22,469 nucleotides of DNA from Trueperaceae bacterium (GTDB lineage Bacteria; Deinococcota; Deinococci; Deinococcales; Trueperaceae). The stretch is taken from positions 1 through 22,469 of the forward strand of contig JBBDRK010000029.1 of the NCBI GenBank assembly GCA_040905465.1, given 5' to 3'. Below, in pieces: positions 7,723 to 15,051 of the stretch (position 1 is its first letter; each line of letters opens with the position of its first letter). The notes beneath the pieces are model-generated. The model ran no database searches. It was not told the DNA's origin and worked only from the letters and a program-made list of their open reading frames with translations. The translations under genes and the position numbers were made by a program.

Positions 7723-8059
7723 CGTCGTTCTCCTTCCGTTGAAGTTCCTTGACGTGCTCCTCGAGCCGGTCGAGGCTCTCGCTCCAGAACCGCTCGAAGC
7801 CCCCGGTCCACTCGTGCACCTCGCGCAGCCCCGTGGCATCGAGGGCGTAGTACCGCTGCCGCCCCTCCTCCCGCACGTGCACCAGCCCGACCTCTCGCAG
7901 TACCCGCAGGTGCTTCGAGGTCGCAGACGCCGCGAGTCTAAGCGTCTCCGAAATCTCGGTGGCCGCCCACTCCCCTGTTCGAAGAAGGGCGAGGATACGC
8001 CGCCGCTGCAGCTCCGCGATCGCGTTGAACACATCCGAGGTTGTGCTCGCTCGCGCCAT
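7709..8059 (-). CDS. ArsR/SmtB-family transcriptional regulator
   Basis: DVFNAIAELQRRRILALL...TSKHLRVLREVGLVHVREEGRQRYY; typical ArsR-SRPBCC pairing. Confidence 0.92.
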   Translation of the reverse strand: MARASTTSDVFNAIAELQRRRILALLRTGEWAATEISETLRLAASATSKHLRVLREVGLVHVREEGRQRYYALDATGLREVHEWTGGFERFWSESLDRLEEHVKELQRKENDDANR

Positions 8060-8065
8060 AGCCTG

Positions 8066-8094
8066 AGACTATTGCCGATATGGGAAAATGTCAA
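8066..8094 (-). promoter_or_regulatory. Sigma70-type promoter (TTGACA-17-TAGTCT), leaderless, with a probable ArsR operator in the spacer
   Basis: Minus strand reads TTGACA ttttcccatatcggcaa TAGTCT caggct ATG. Imperfect palindrome TTGCCGATATGGGAAA at 8072-8087. Confidence 0.8.
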
Positions 8095-8145
8095 GATAGC
8101 GGTATTCCCGGCCGTCCCCGAACGTATCTGGCGTTCATCCCCGCG

Positions 8146-8173
8146 TTGACAGCGACGCTACTTCTGGTAAACT
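8146..8173 (+). promoter_or_regulatory. Sigma70-type promoter of the aroF-tyrA operon (TTGACA-16-TAAACT, extended -10)
   Basis: TTGACA at 8146-8151 and TGgTAAACT at 8165-8173. Confidence 0.75.
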
Positions 8174-8180
8174 CTTCCGC

Positions 8181-8285
8181 ATGTCTTCGCAGCTTCACGC
8201 GTACGGACAAACTGGGGGTGATGCCATGGACGATGGCTATGGCTATATTCCTCCGACTGCCCCCGCAGCTGCGCCACAAGCCTGA
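8181..8285 (+). CDS. Candidate leader peptide of aroF-tyrA (34 aa, or 19 aa from ATG 8226)
   Basis: MSSQLHAYGQTGGDAMDDGYGYIPPTAPAAAPQA*. The first ATG is 7 nt after the -10; the second follows SD-like GGGGGTGAT. Three Tyr codons. Confidence 0.45.
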   Translation: MSSQLHAYGQTGGDAMDDGYGYIPPTAPAAAPQA

Positions 8286-8398
8286 CCGACGCGCTCCGAG
8301 CCGCTACAGGCCGAAGACGGTAGGACCAGCGGAAGCGTTGCCGCGGGTCGCCCCGCCCGCGCCATTTCACGCACATACCCGCGAATCAGGAGCACCCC

Positions 8399-9430
8399 AT
8401 GGTTATCGTCATGCGCAAGGACGCCTCACAGGAGGCGATAGACACCGTTCTGGCTGAGATCTCGTCACTCGGCTTCGCTCCCCACGTCAGTGAAGGCGAG
8501 TCACGTTTCGTCATCGGAGCCATCGGCCCCGCCCCTACCGAGGACGTGCGCGAGCACCTGCGCGCGTTCAGTGGTGTCGAGGCGGTGGTGCCGATAACCA
8601 AGCCGTACAAGCTGGCGTCGCGAGAGTTCCGTCACGACGACTCGTTCGTGCTGATCGGCAACGACAAGACAGGCAGCGTCAAGACCGGAAACGGGCGCTT
8701 CGTGGTTGCCGCCGGCCCCTGCGGAGTCGAAGGGCTGGAGCAGACGTGTGACGCCGCACGTATTTCCAAACGACATGGCGCAACCGTCCTTCGCGGCGGA
8801 GCCTACAAGCCGCGCACCAGCCCTTACTCCTTTCAGGGGCTCGGTGAGGAGGGGCTCCGCATACTCGCCCAGGCGCGCGAGGACACCGGGATGCCCATCG
8901 TCACCGAGGTCACCGCGCCCGAGCTGGTGGAGCGGGTGATCGAGGTCGCCGACATGTTGCAGATCGGCGCCCGCAACACGCAGAACTTCGCGCTCCTGGC
9001 GGAAGCCGGAAAGTCGGGCAAGCCGGTCCTGTTCAAGCGGGGGATGTCGACCAGCATCAACGAGTTCCTGCAGGCCGCCGAGTACATCCTTTCGCAGGGC
9101 AACCCCAACGTGATCCTGTGTGAGCGGGGAATCCGCACGTTCGAAACCGCCACCCGCTTTACCCTGGACCTGGGCGCGGTACCGGTTCTCAAGGAGCTCA
9201 CACACCTGCCCGTCTGGGTCGATCCGTCGCACGCGGCGGGCCGACGTTCGCTGGTCGCACCGCTTTCCCTGGCGGCGGCGGCTGCCGGCGCCGATGGGCT
9301 GATCATCGAGGTGCATCCCAATCCGGAAAGCGCACGTTCGGATGCCGCCCAGCAGCTCGACGACGCCGACTTCGGCCGGCTGATGGAGCAACTTCGGCCG
9401 GTGGTCGCGGCGCTGGGCAAGACCCTCTGA
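8399..9430 (+). CDS. aroF: 3-deoxy-7-phosphoheptulonate (DAHP) synthase, type I-beta with N-terminal regulatory domain
   Basis: AGPCGVE, RGGAYKPRTSPYSFQGLG, QIGARN, LCERGIRTFE, VDPSHAAG, IIEVHPNP; AGGAG RBS. Confidence 0.95.
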   Translation: MVIVMRKDASQEAIDTVLAEISSLGFAPHVSEGESRFVIGAIGPAPTEDVREHLRAFSGVEAVVPITKPYKLASREFRHDDSFVLIGNDKTGSVKTGNGRFVVAAGPCGVEGLEQTCDAARISKRHGATVLRGGAYKPRTSPYSFQGLGEEGLRILAQAREDTGMPIVTEVTAPELVERVIEVADMLQIGARNTQNFALLAEAGKSGKPVLFKRGMSTSINEFLQAAEYILSQGNPNVILCERGIRTFETATRFTLDLGAVPVLKELTHLPVWVDPSHAAGRRSLVAPLSLAAAAAGADGLIIEVHPNPESARSDAAQQLDDADFGRLMEQLRPVVAALGKTL

Positions 9431-9434
9431 GCTC

Positions 9435-10532
9435 ATGCGACCTGCCGCGCTATTCGACACGGTAGTAATCGCCGGGGTGGGCCTGATAGGCGGCTCCATC
9501 GGACTCGGCGTGCGTCAACGGTTCCTGGCGAAGCGAGTCATCGGCCTGGACCGCGATCCGGTAACCCTCGATGCGGCGCGCGGGATGGGAATCATCGACG
9601 AGGCTCAACTCACTCCCGGACCGTGGCTGGCGGAGGCCGACCTGGTGATCCTGGCCGCTCCGGTGCGCGGCCAAGTGGCCCTTGCCCAGTCGCTCGAGCC
9701 GTTCCTGTCACAGGAGGTCATCGTCACCGATGTCGGCGCTGTGAAGGCGGACCCGGTCGCGGCGCTGCGTCACCTGCGATTCGTCGGCGGGCACCCGATG
9801 GCGGGCTCGGAGCGGGTGGGCGTGCAGAACGCCGACGCTGCGCTCCTGGAAAACGCGGTCTGGGTGCTTACTCCTACCGAGCACACCGACCGGCAGGCAC
9901 TGGAGCAAGTCGAGCGGTTCGTCACCCACCTCGGCGCCCGACCGCTCAACGTCGACCCCGCTCAGCACGACCGGCTGGTGGCGGCCGTCAGCCATGTGCC
10001 GTACCTGACGGCGGTGGCTCTCACTCGGCTGGTCGCCAGCGACCAGGATCGCGACCTGCTCATGCTTCTCGCGGCGGGCGGCTTCCGCGACCTGACCCGG
10101 GTAGCATCGGGGAGCCCGCGGATGAGCAGAGATATGGTGGTGGGCAACGCCGAGGCGGTGCGAGCGGCGCTGCAAGCGTTGGGCGATCAACTGGCCCGGT
10201 TGTCGCTGTTGTTGGACGACCCGGAGGGGTTGCTGGATGAAGCGGAAGCGGCCAAGCGCGCTCGCGACGGAATCCCGGTCGTCCGACGCAGCCTGCTTCC
10301 GGCTCGTTACGAAGTCGTCATCGCCGTCCCGGACCGGCCGGGCGAGTTGGCCAAGATCACCCGGTCCTTGGGTGACGCCGAGGTGAACATCAAGGACATC
10401 GAGGTTCTGGGCATCCGCGAGGCCGGTGGTGCAGTGCGGCTGGCGTTCGACGACGAACAGGGGCTCCAGCGCGGCACCGACGCGCTGAAGCGCGCGGGCT
10501 ACGAGGCTCGCGGGCGCAGCAACGGCGCCTGA
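9435..10532 (+). CDS. tyrA: Prephenate/arogenate dehydrogenase with C-terminal ACT domain
   Basis: GVGLIGGS Rossmann motif, TDVGAVK, GGHPMAGSE, HDRLVAAVSHVP, GGFRDLTRVA; ACT motif VPDRPGELAKI. Confidence 0.95.
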   Translation: MRPAALFDTVVIAGVGLIGGSIGLGVRQRFLAKRVIGLDRDPVTLDAARGMGIIDEAQLTPGPWLAEADLVILAAPVRGQVALAQSLEPFLSQEVIVTDVGAVKADPVAALRHLRFVGGHPMAGSERVGVQNADAALLENAVWVLTPTEHTDRQALEQVERFVTHLGARPLNVDPAQHDRLVAAVSHVPYLTAVALTRLVASDQDRDLLMLLAAGGFRDLTRVASGSPRMSRDMVVGNAEAVRAALQALGDQLARLSLLLDDPEGLLDEAEAAKRARDGIPVVRRSLLPARYEVVIAVPDRPGELAKITRSLGDAEVNIKDIEVLGIREAGGAVRLAFDDEQGLQRGTDALKRAGYEARGRSNGA

Positions 10533-10549
10533 AGCGCAGACTGCGCTTC
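10531..10549 (+). terminator. Perfect inverted repeat after tyrA (possible terminator or RNA-stabilising hairpin)
   Basis: GAAGCGCA-GAC-TGCGCTTC; no clear U tract. Confidence 0.4.
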
Positions 10550-10626
10550 CGTACTACCCTTGGACCATGAAAGAGTTCGGCTCATTCGTAGCGTGCTCGG
10601 CTGCCTCGAGGCGGTGCTAGCGAAAC

Positions 10627-10884
10627 GTGCCGCGGCCGGAACTGTTCGACATGGCGGTGAGCAGGGCGCTCAGTTACGCCGAGCGGCTCGGGGCGTTGGA
10701 AGGCGACCGTGACCGGATCGTGCTGCGTAACGTCCTCGAGCTCTGGTACCTGAAGACCCGCTTCGCTTACCGCATTCCCCTCGAGGACGTGGTCGAGATC
10801 CTGCTGGACTATCCGGGCAAGGGCCACTACTGGGCCGGGGGCCGCAACGGCGAGTGGCACAGGGGCGAGAATCCGAACCCATGA
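10627..10884 (+). CDS. Small hypothetical protein
   Basis: 85-aa ORF with host-like codon usage and an aromatic-rich core (LELWYLKTRFAYRIPL) that fills the gap before the amidohydrolase. Confidence 0.7.
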   Translation: MPRPELFDMAVSRALSYAERLGALEGDRDRIVLRNVLELWYLKTRFAYRIPLEDVVEILLDYPGKGHYWAGGRNGEWHRGENPNP

Positions 10885-10915
10885 GCGTCGTACAGTGGGG
10901 CCACCGGAGGCACAC

Positions 10916-12127
10916 ATGCTTGACCGACTGATGCGACGTCTTGAAGAGCTCTACCCAGAAATGGTGGAGATCCGCCGCGACCTGCACATGAACCCGGAGC
11001 TTTCCTTCGAGGAGGTGCGAACGCCGCACCTGGTGGCCGAGCGCCTCGAAGGTTTGGGGCTCGAGGTGCGCACCGGTGTCGGTGGTCGGGGTGTTGTCGG
11101 ACTGCTGCGCGGCGGCCGGCCTGGCAGGACCATCGCCCTGCGTGCAGACTTCGACGCCCTTCCGATCCAGGAGGAGAACGACCTCCCGTTTGCCTCGCTG
11201 GTGCCCGGCGTGATGCACGCCTGTGGACACGATATCCACACGGCCGGTCTGCTGGGGGTGGCCACGGTGCTGAGCGAGGTTCGCGAGCAGCTGCCCGGAA
11301 ACGTGGTGTTCATACACCAGTTCGCCGAGGAGGTGACGCCGGGCGGCGCCCGTTCGATGGTCGAAGACGGCTGCCTCGACGGGGTGGACGCCATCTACGG
11401 CTCCCACGTGCTGTCCACCCTCCCGTTCGGCCAGGTCGGCGTTTGCGCCGGGGCGGCCATGGCCGCCGTCGACACGTTCGACCTCACCATCTTCGGCCGC
11501 GGCGGCCACGGCGCCAGCCCCCACATGACAACCGACCCGATCGTCGTTGCCAGCCAGCTGGTGATGAATCTGCAGCAGATCGTGAGCCGCCATGTCGACC
11601 CGCTCGAGCCGGCCGTCGTGACCGTCGGCTCGCTTCACGCCGGAACGGTTCACAACGTCATCGCCGACACGGCGCACCTAAAGGGAACGGTTCGTACCTA
11701 CAGCAGCGAGGTAAGGGCCGACATCGAACAGGCGGTCCGCCGCATCGTGGCGGCAACGTGCGACCTGGCGGGAGCGAGAGCGGAGTTGTCCTACCGGCCG
11801 GGATACCCGGCGGTGTTCAACCACCCGGAGGAAACGGCCACCGTGGAGCGGCTCGCGCGGGATCTGTTCGAAGACGATGCGGTCGTCCAGGTCGAACCGG
11901 TGATGGGCGGCGAAGACTTCGCCTACTACCTGGAGAAGGTGCCCGGCACGTTCTTCTTCGTGGGCGGTGGCAACGAGGAGCTGGGGATGACTTACCCTCA
12001 CCACAATCCCCGGTTCGATGTCGACGAGCGGTCGATGCTGGTCGCGGGTCGAGTCTTTCTCGCCGGCGTACTCGACTTTCTGGACGCATCGGATTCGAAG
12101 ACCCAACTGGCGGAAGCGGCGGGCTAG
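10916..12127 (+). CDS. M20D-family amidohydrolase (aminoacylase/hippuricase-like)
   Basis: RRDLHMNPELSFEE, ALRADFDALP, MHACGHD, AEE, GRGGHG, GEDFAYY, HHNPRF; GGAGG RBS before ATG 10916; TACAGT -10 at 10891-10896. Confidence 0.93.
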   Translation: MLDRLMRRLEELYPEMVEIRRDLHMNPELSFEEVRTPHLVAERLEGLGLEVRTGVGGRGVVGLLRGGRPGRTIALRADFDALPIQEENDLPFASLVPGVMHACGHDIHTAGLLGVATVLSEVREQLPGNVVFIHQFAEEVTPGGARSMVEDGCLDGVDAIYGSHVLSTLPFGQVGVCAGAAMAAVDTFDLTIFGRGGHGASPHMTTDPIVVASQLVMNLQQIVSRHVDPLEPAVVTVGSLHAGTVHNVIADTAHLKGTVRTYSSEVRADIEQAVRRIVAATCDLAGARAELSYRPGYPAVFNHPEETATVERLARDLFEDDAVVQVEPVMGGEDFAYYLEKVPGTFFFVGGGNEELGMTYPHHNPRFDVDERSMLVAGRVFLAGVLDFLDASDSKTQLAEAAG

Positions 12128-12211
12128 GTACGATCGGCGCTGGCCAGGTTAGGCCTGGACGTGCCGTCAAGCAGCGTGGCCGGTACCGGATCGTTAGATA
12201 TGTCGCCCCTC

Positions 12212-12775
12212 ATGTCCACGACCGACCCATACACCCTCCCACCCCTCGTGCAACGCGCGGAGGCGCTGGCGACGAAGCTGGCATTCCGGAACTCCTGCCG
12301 GCGGGAGTTCGGACGCCTCCTATGCACACTCGCGGCGCGAGTCGACGGCTCAGTCCTCGAAATCGGAACCGGCTGTGGCGTCGGCAGCGCCTGGATCCTC
12401 AGTGGGTTGAGCAGGGGCGGGCGACTCGTCAGCATCGATCTGGACCGCGAGCGTCACCTCCAGGTGAAAACGCACTTCGCCGACATCGAGAGCGCTCTCT
12501 TCCTCCAGGGCGACTGGCGCTCAGCGCTGGAACACGGCCCGTACGAGCTTGCCTTCGTCGACGCGGGCGAGGCGAAAGACGCCGGGGCCGATGAGGTCAT
12601 CGAAGCGGTGGCGCCGGGCGGCCACCTGATACTCGATGACTTCAGCCCCGGCCCGCTCTACAAAGGCCAGCGAGACGAGCGCTGGCACCGGTGGATGCAG
12701 CATCCGAAGCTGGTTAGCTGCGAGATCCTGCTCGACCGCGACAGTTCGGCGATTCTCGCCACGAAAGTAGCCTGA
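12212..12775 (+). CDS. Class I SAM-dependent O-methyltransferase (YrrM-like); start uncertain (12200 or 12212)
   Basis: VLEIGTGCGVGSAW motif I, LVSIDLD, YELAFVDA, PGGHLILDD. Confidence 0.85.
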   Translation: MSTTDPYTLPPLVQRAEALATKLAFRNSCRREFGRLLCTLAARVDGSVLEIGTGCGVGSAWILSGLSRGGRLVSIDLDRERHLQVKTHFADIESALFLQGDWRSALEHGPYELAFVDAGEAKDAGADEVIEAVAPGGHLILDDFSPGPLYKGQRDERWHRWMQHPKLVSCEILLDRDSSAILATKVA

Positions 12776-12815
12776 CCTCGGGCGTTCTATCGAAGTCAGT
12801 GTAAAGTTTCGTTGC

Positions 12816-13010
12816 TCAGAAGCCCTTTGGCAACCCGGCCTGTTTCAAGATGGCGTTTGCCGTATGTCGAGACTTGATTTTGGAATCTACCGTGAAGTGA
12901 CGTTGAGAGATGGGGCTCCGCCAGATTTCATGGTCGCCTTTACCTTGACGAACGTACGTGCAGCCGGCGTCGTTCAACCGCCGCTTCAGCTCTCGGCTGA
13001 AGTCGGCCAC
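12816..13010 (-). CDS. hicA: HicA-family toxin (type II toxin-antitoxin system)
   Basis: 64 aa; YVRQGKGDHEIW with the catalytic His, and SRHTANAILKQAGL. Confidence 0.88.
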   Translation of the reverse strand: MADFSRELKRRLNDAGCTYVRQGKGDHEIWRSPISQRHFTVDSKIKSRHTANAILKQAGLPKGF

Positions 13011-13246
13011 GAACCGGCCTCTTTAATCACTCGCTCGGCTTGCAGATTGATAGGGAACGCGGCTCGAGCCGCGTCTCCGCCGTTCAGTTCGAGCAGCTCC
13101 GGAACCATGTGCCTGAGCTTGCCGACGAGCGCCTCGATACTCTCCGCCTCCGTCGCCAAGCCCGGAACGTCGTCACTCTCCGCCACCCAAACGGCAGCTT
13201 CATCATCCCAGGAAGCCTTCACCAGAAGTTCTCCGGACTCTCGCAT
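12986..13246 (-). CDS. DUF1902 / short HicB-like antitoxin
   Basis: VKASWDDEAAVWVAESDDVPGLATEAESIEALVGKLRHMVPELLELN. TATACT (13253-13258) lies 6 nt before the ATG; the gene overlaps hicA. Confidence 0.82.
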   Translation of the reverse strand: MRESGELLVKASWDDEAAVWVAESDDVPGLATEAESIEALVGKLRHMVPELLELNGGDAARAAFPINLQAERVIKEAGSWPTSAES

Positions 13247-13352
13247 GATCCGAGTATAGACCTGCGACAGGCACGACCTCGTACTCGATAGGCAGATGAC
13301 GATTGACGATGGCAGTTCGCGAATTGGACTGTCGCCCTCCATTCTGCCCGCG

Positions 13353-13415
13353 GATCATCCTGAGCTTGATGCCGACGAGCAATCAGTGCTGGTCGCAGGA
13401 CGAGTATTTCCAGCG
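13353..13415 (+). pseudogene. Relic copy of the 3' end of the M20 amidohydrolase gene
   Basis: Translates DHPELDADEQSVLVAGRVFPA versus HNPRFDVDERSMLVAGRVFLA (12002-12064). Core 13368-13410 matches 12017-12059 at 35/43 nt. Confidence 0.75.
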
Positions 13416-13435
13416 GCGAGCGATGCTAGTAGGGA

Positions 13436-14185
13436 CTAAACCTTGATCGCACGCTTACCGCTGCTGTTCAGGTCCTTGTCGAGACTCTCGATTGCCTTGA
13501 CGACCCGGCCCCTGTATTGGCTCGTGAGTCTGCCTTTGGGGATGGATACGCTGATGGCGGCGACAGCATCACCACCACGGAAGAGAGGAGCCGCAAAGCA
13601 CATCACGCCGTCCTCGTTCTCCTCATCGTCGAGCGCCCAGCCGTTCTGCCGAGTCTCGCTGAGTATCTGACGGAGCCTGGTCGCGTCAGTAGGTGTTCTC
13701 GAGGTTCGCTTTTCGAAACTGCTTCGTGAGATCAGTGCATCCTGGAGCTCGGAAGGTAGAAAAGCGACTATCGCTCTACCGAGAGCCGTGCAGTAGAAGG
13801 AGTCTTGGCTCCCCGGCCTGACAATCCAGCGGAGCGGTTTCGTGGTTTCCAGCACGTGCAGGTACTGCACGTTCGCCCCAACGAGCACACCCAGGTTTAC
13901 GGTTTCGTTGAAGCTCTCGTGTAACCCCTCCATCAGTGGCAGCGCCGCTTCCTTGAGCTTCGAATACCGCCGGCTGTTGCCGACCTCGGCCAGTTTTGGG
14001 CTCAGCGAGTAGTTCCCTTGGGCGCCATCTTGAGTGACGTAGCCAATCTTCACGAGAGACTGCAAGATACGGTAGAGCGTCGGTTTTGGCAGCTTGGTCT
14101 TCTGTGCCAGCAGCTTGAGTGATACCGGAAACTCGAAGTCAGCCAGCGACTCCAGAACGAAAAATCCCTTTTCGATGGTGTTCAT
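13436..14185 (-). CDS. IclR-family transcriptional regulator
   Basis: N-terminal HTH (LPKPTLYRILQSLVKIGYV), ETVNLGV, TALGRA, GWALDDEENEDGVMCFAAP. Confidence 0.93.
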   Translation of the reverse strand: MNTIEKGFFVLESLADFEFPVSLKLLAQKTKLPKPTLYRILQSLVKIGYVTQDGAQGNYSLSPKLAEVGNSRRYSKLKEAALPLMEGLHESFNETVNLGVLVGANVQYLHVLETTKPLRWIVRPGSQDSFYCTALGRAIVAFLPSELQDALISRSSFEKRTSRTPTDATRLRQILSETRQNGWALDDEENEDGVMCFAAPLFRGGDAVAAISVSIPKGRLTSQYRGRVVKAIESLDKDLNSSGKRAIKV

Positions 14186-14204
14186 GGCCCTCCTGGAAAC
14201 CTTA

Positions 14205-14990
14205 CTACCGCGCTTGGATCGTCTCGGTTCCCGCGAGGACTTCGATTAGCTTGACGAGCCTCTGGACTGCTACCTCGAATAGTGCCGCCCCCTTCCGTTC
14301 GGTTCCTCGCGCTGCGTCGCCCAGCAATCCACTGGACTCCTTTACGAAGACGGCCGGGAACGACGCGCCCAGCTCCGCGAACACGTCATGGCTCAGCTCA
14401 GGATTCCACGGCGGGCTCTGTACGTTCCCTGCCGCCTGCATATCGACGGATTCCGGCTTTAGATGGAGCAGGAACGAGGTCTCGAACTCCCCCGCGTGTC
14501 CTACCGCCTTGCGCCAGCCCTCCATCTCCTCTGCAATTTCCACCTTGATCAGGTCCCAGTAGGAGCAGCTCACGACCGGAAGGCCTTCGCTGGTCAACTC
14601 GTTCAGGACGGCCGTCAAGGGTGCGATATTGCCGCCATGCCCGTTGACGAAGAGAACTTTGCGGAAACCGTGAGCGAAGATGCTCTCGACCACGTCCCGT
14701 ATCACTGCGTTGAAGGTGGTGAGGCTCAGGCTGATTGTACCGGCGTGCTCCATGTGGTGTGGCGAGAAGCCGGCCTGTACTACGTTGGCGACCAGCACCG
14801 GAGGCTGTCGGCAAAGCCGCGCGGCGCGATCGACGACGCTCGTTGCCGAGAATATGTCGGTGTTGAGCGGTAGGTGTGACGAGTGCTGCTCGATCGAGCC
14901 CAGCGGCACGACGATGACGGCACCGGCGTCGCGAGCTTCCACTATCTCCGGGCTGCGGAGGTCGTTCCAAATATGTGTGCGTAGGGTCAC
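14205..14990 (-). CDS. Creatininase-family amidohydrolase
   Basis: PLGSIEQHSSHLPLNTD, SPHHMEHAGTISL, VNGHGGN, HAGEFETS. Confidence 0.92.
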   Translation of the reverse strand: MTLRTHIWNDLRSPEIVEARDAGAVIVVPLGSIEQHSSHLPLNTDIFSATSVVDRAARLCRQPPVLVANVVQAGFSPHHMEHAGTISLSLTTFNAVIRDVVESIFAHGFRKVLFVNGHGGNIAPLTAVLNELTSEGLPVVSCSYWDLIKVEIAEEMEGWRKAVGHAGEFETSFLLHLKPESVDMQAAGNVQSPPWNPELSHDVFAELGASFPAVFVKESSGLLGDAARGTERKGAALFEVAVQRLVKLIEVLAGTETIQAR

Positions 14991-15016
14991 CGGTTACCTC
15001 GAGTTGGTGAAAGGGT

Positions 15017-15043
15017 GCTGCGGATGCACGGGGCATCCGCAGC
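15017..15043 (-). terminator. 11-bp stem-loop downstream of the solute-binding protein gene (mRNA stabiliser or leaky terminator)
   Basis: GCTGCGGATGC-ACGGG-GCATCCGCAGC; only a short T run follows on the - strand. Confidence 0.6.
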
Positions 15044-15051
15044 GAGAGAGG

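Noticed and set aside
8310-8365. T-box riboswitch upstream of aroF (GGTAGGACCAGCG resembles GGTGGNACCGCG)
   Set aside because: The UGGNACC bulge is not intact and I could not identify stem I motifs. An Infernal search with the Rfam T-box model would settle it.
13251-13407. MITE-like element: 12/14 inverted repeat (13261-13274 / 13386-13399) with flanking CGAGTAT direct repeats
   Set aside because: The direct repeats are not symmetrically adjacent to the inverted repeats, and the right arm is better explained as part of the amidohydrolase relic.
13368-13410. Diversity-generating retroelement template/variable repeat pair (6 of 8 mismatches are A in the intergenic copy)
   Set aside because: No reverse transcriptase or Avd in the window, the repeat is short, non-A mismatches occur, the target is a conserved enzyme, and A/T-biased drift or donor codon bias explains the pattern.
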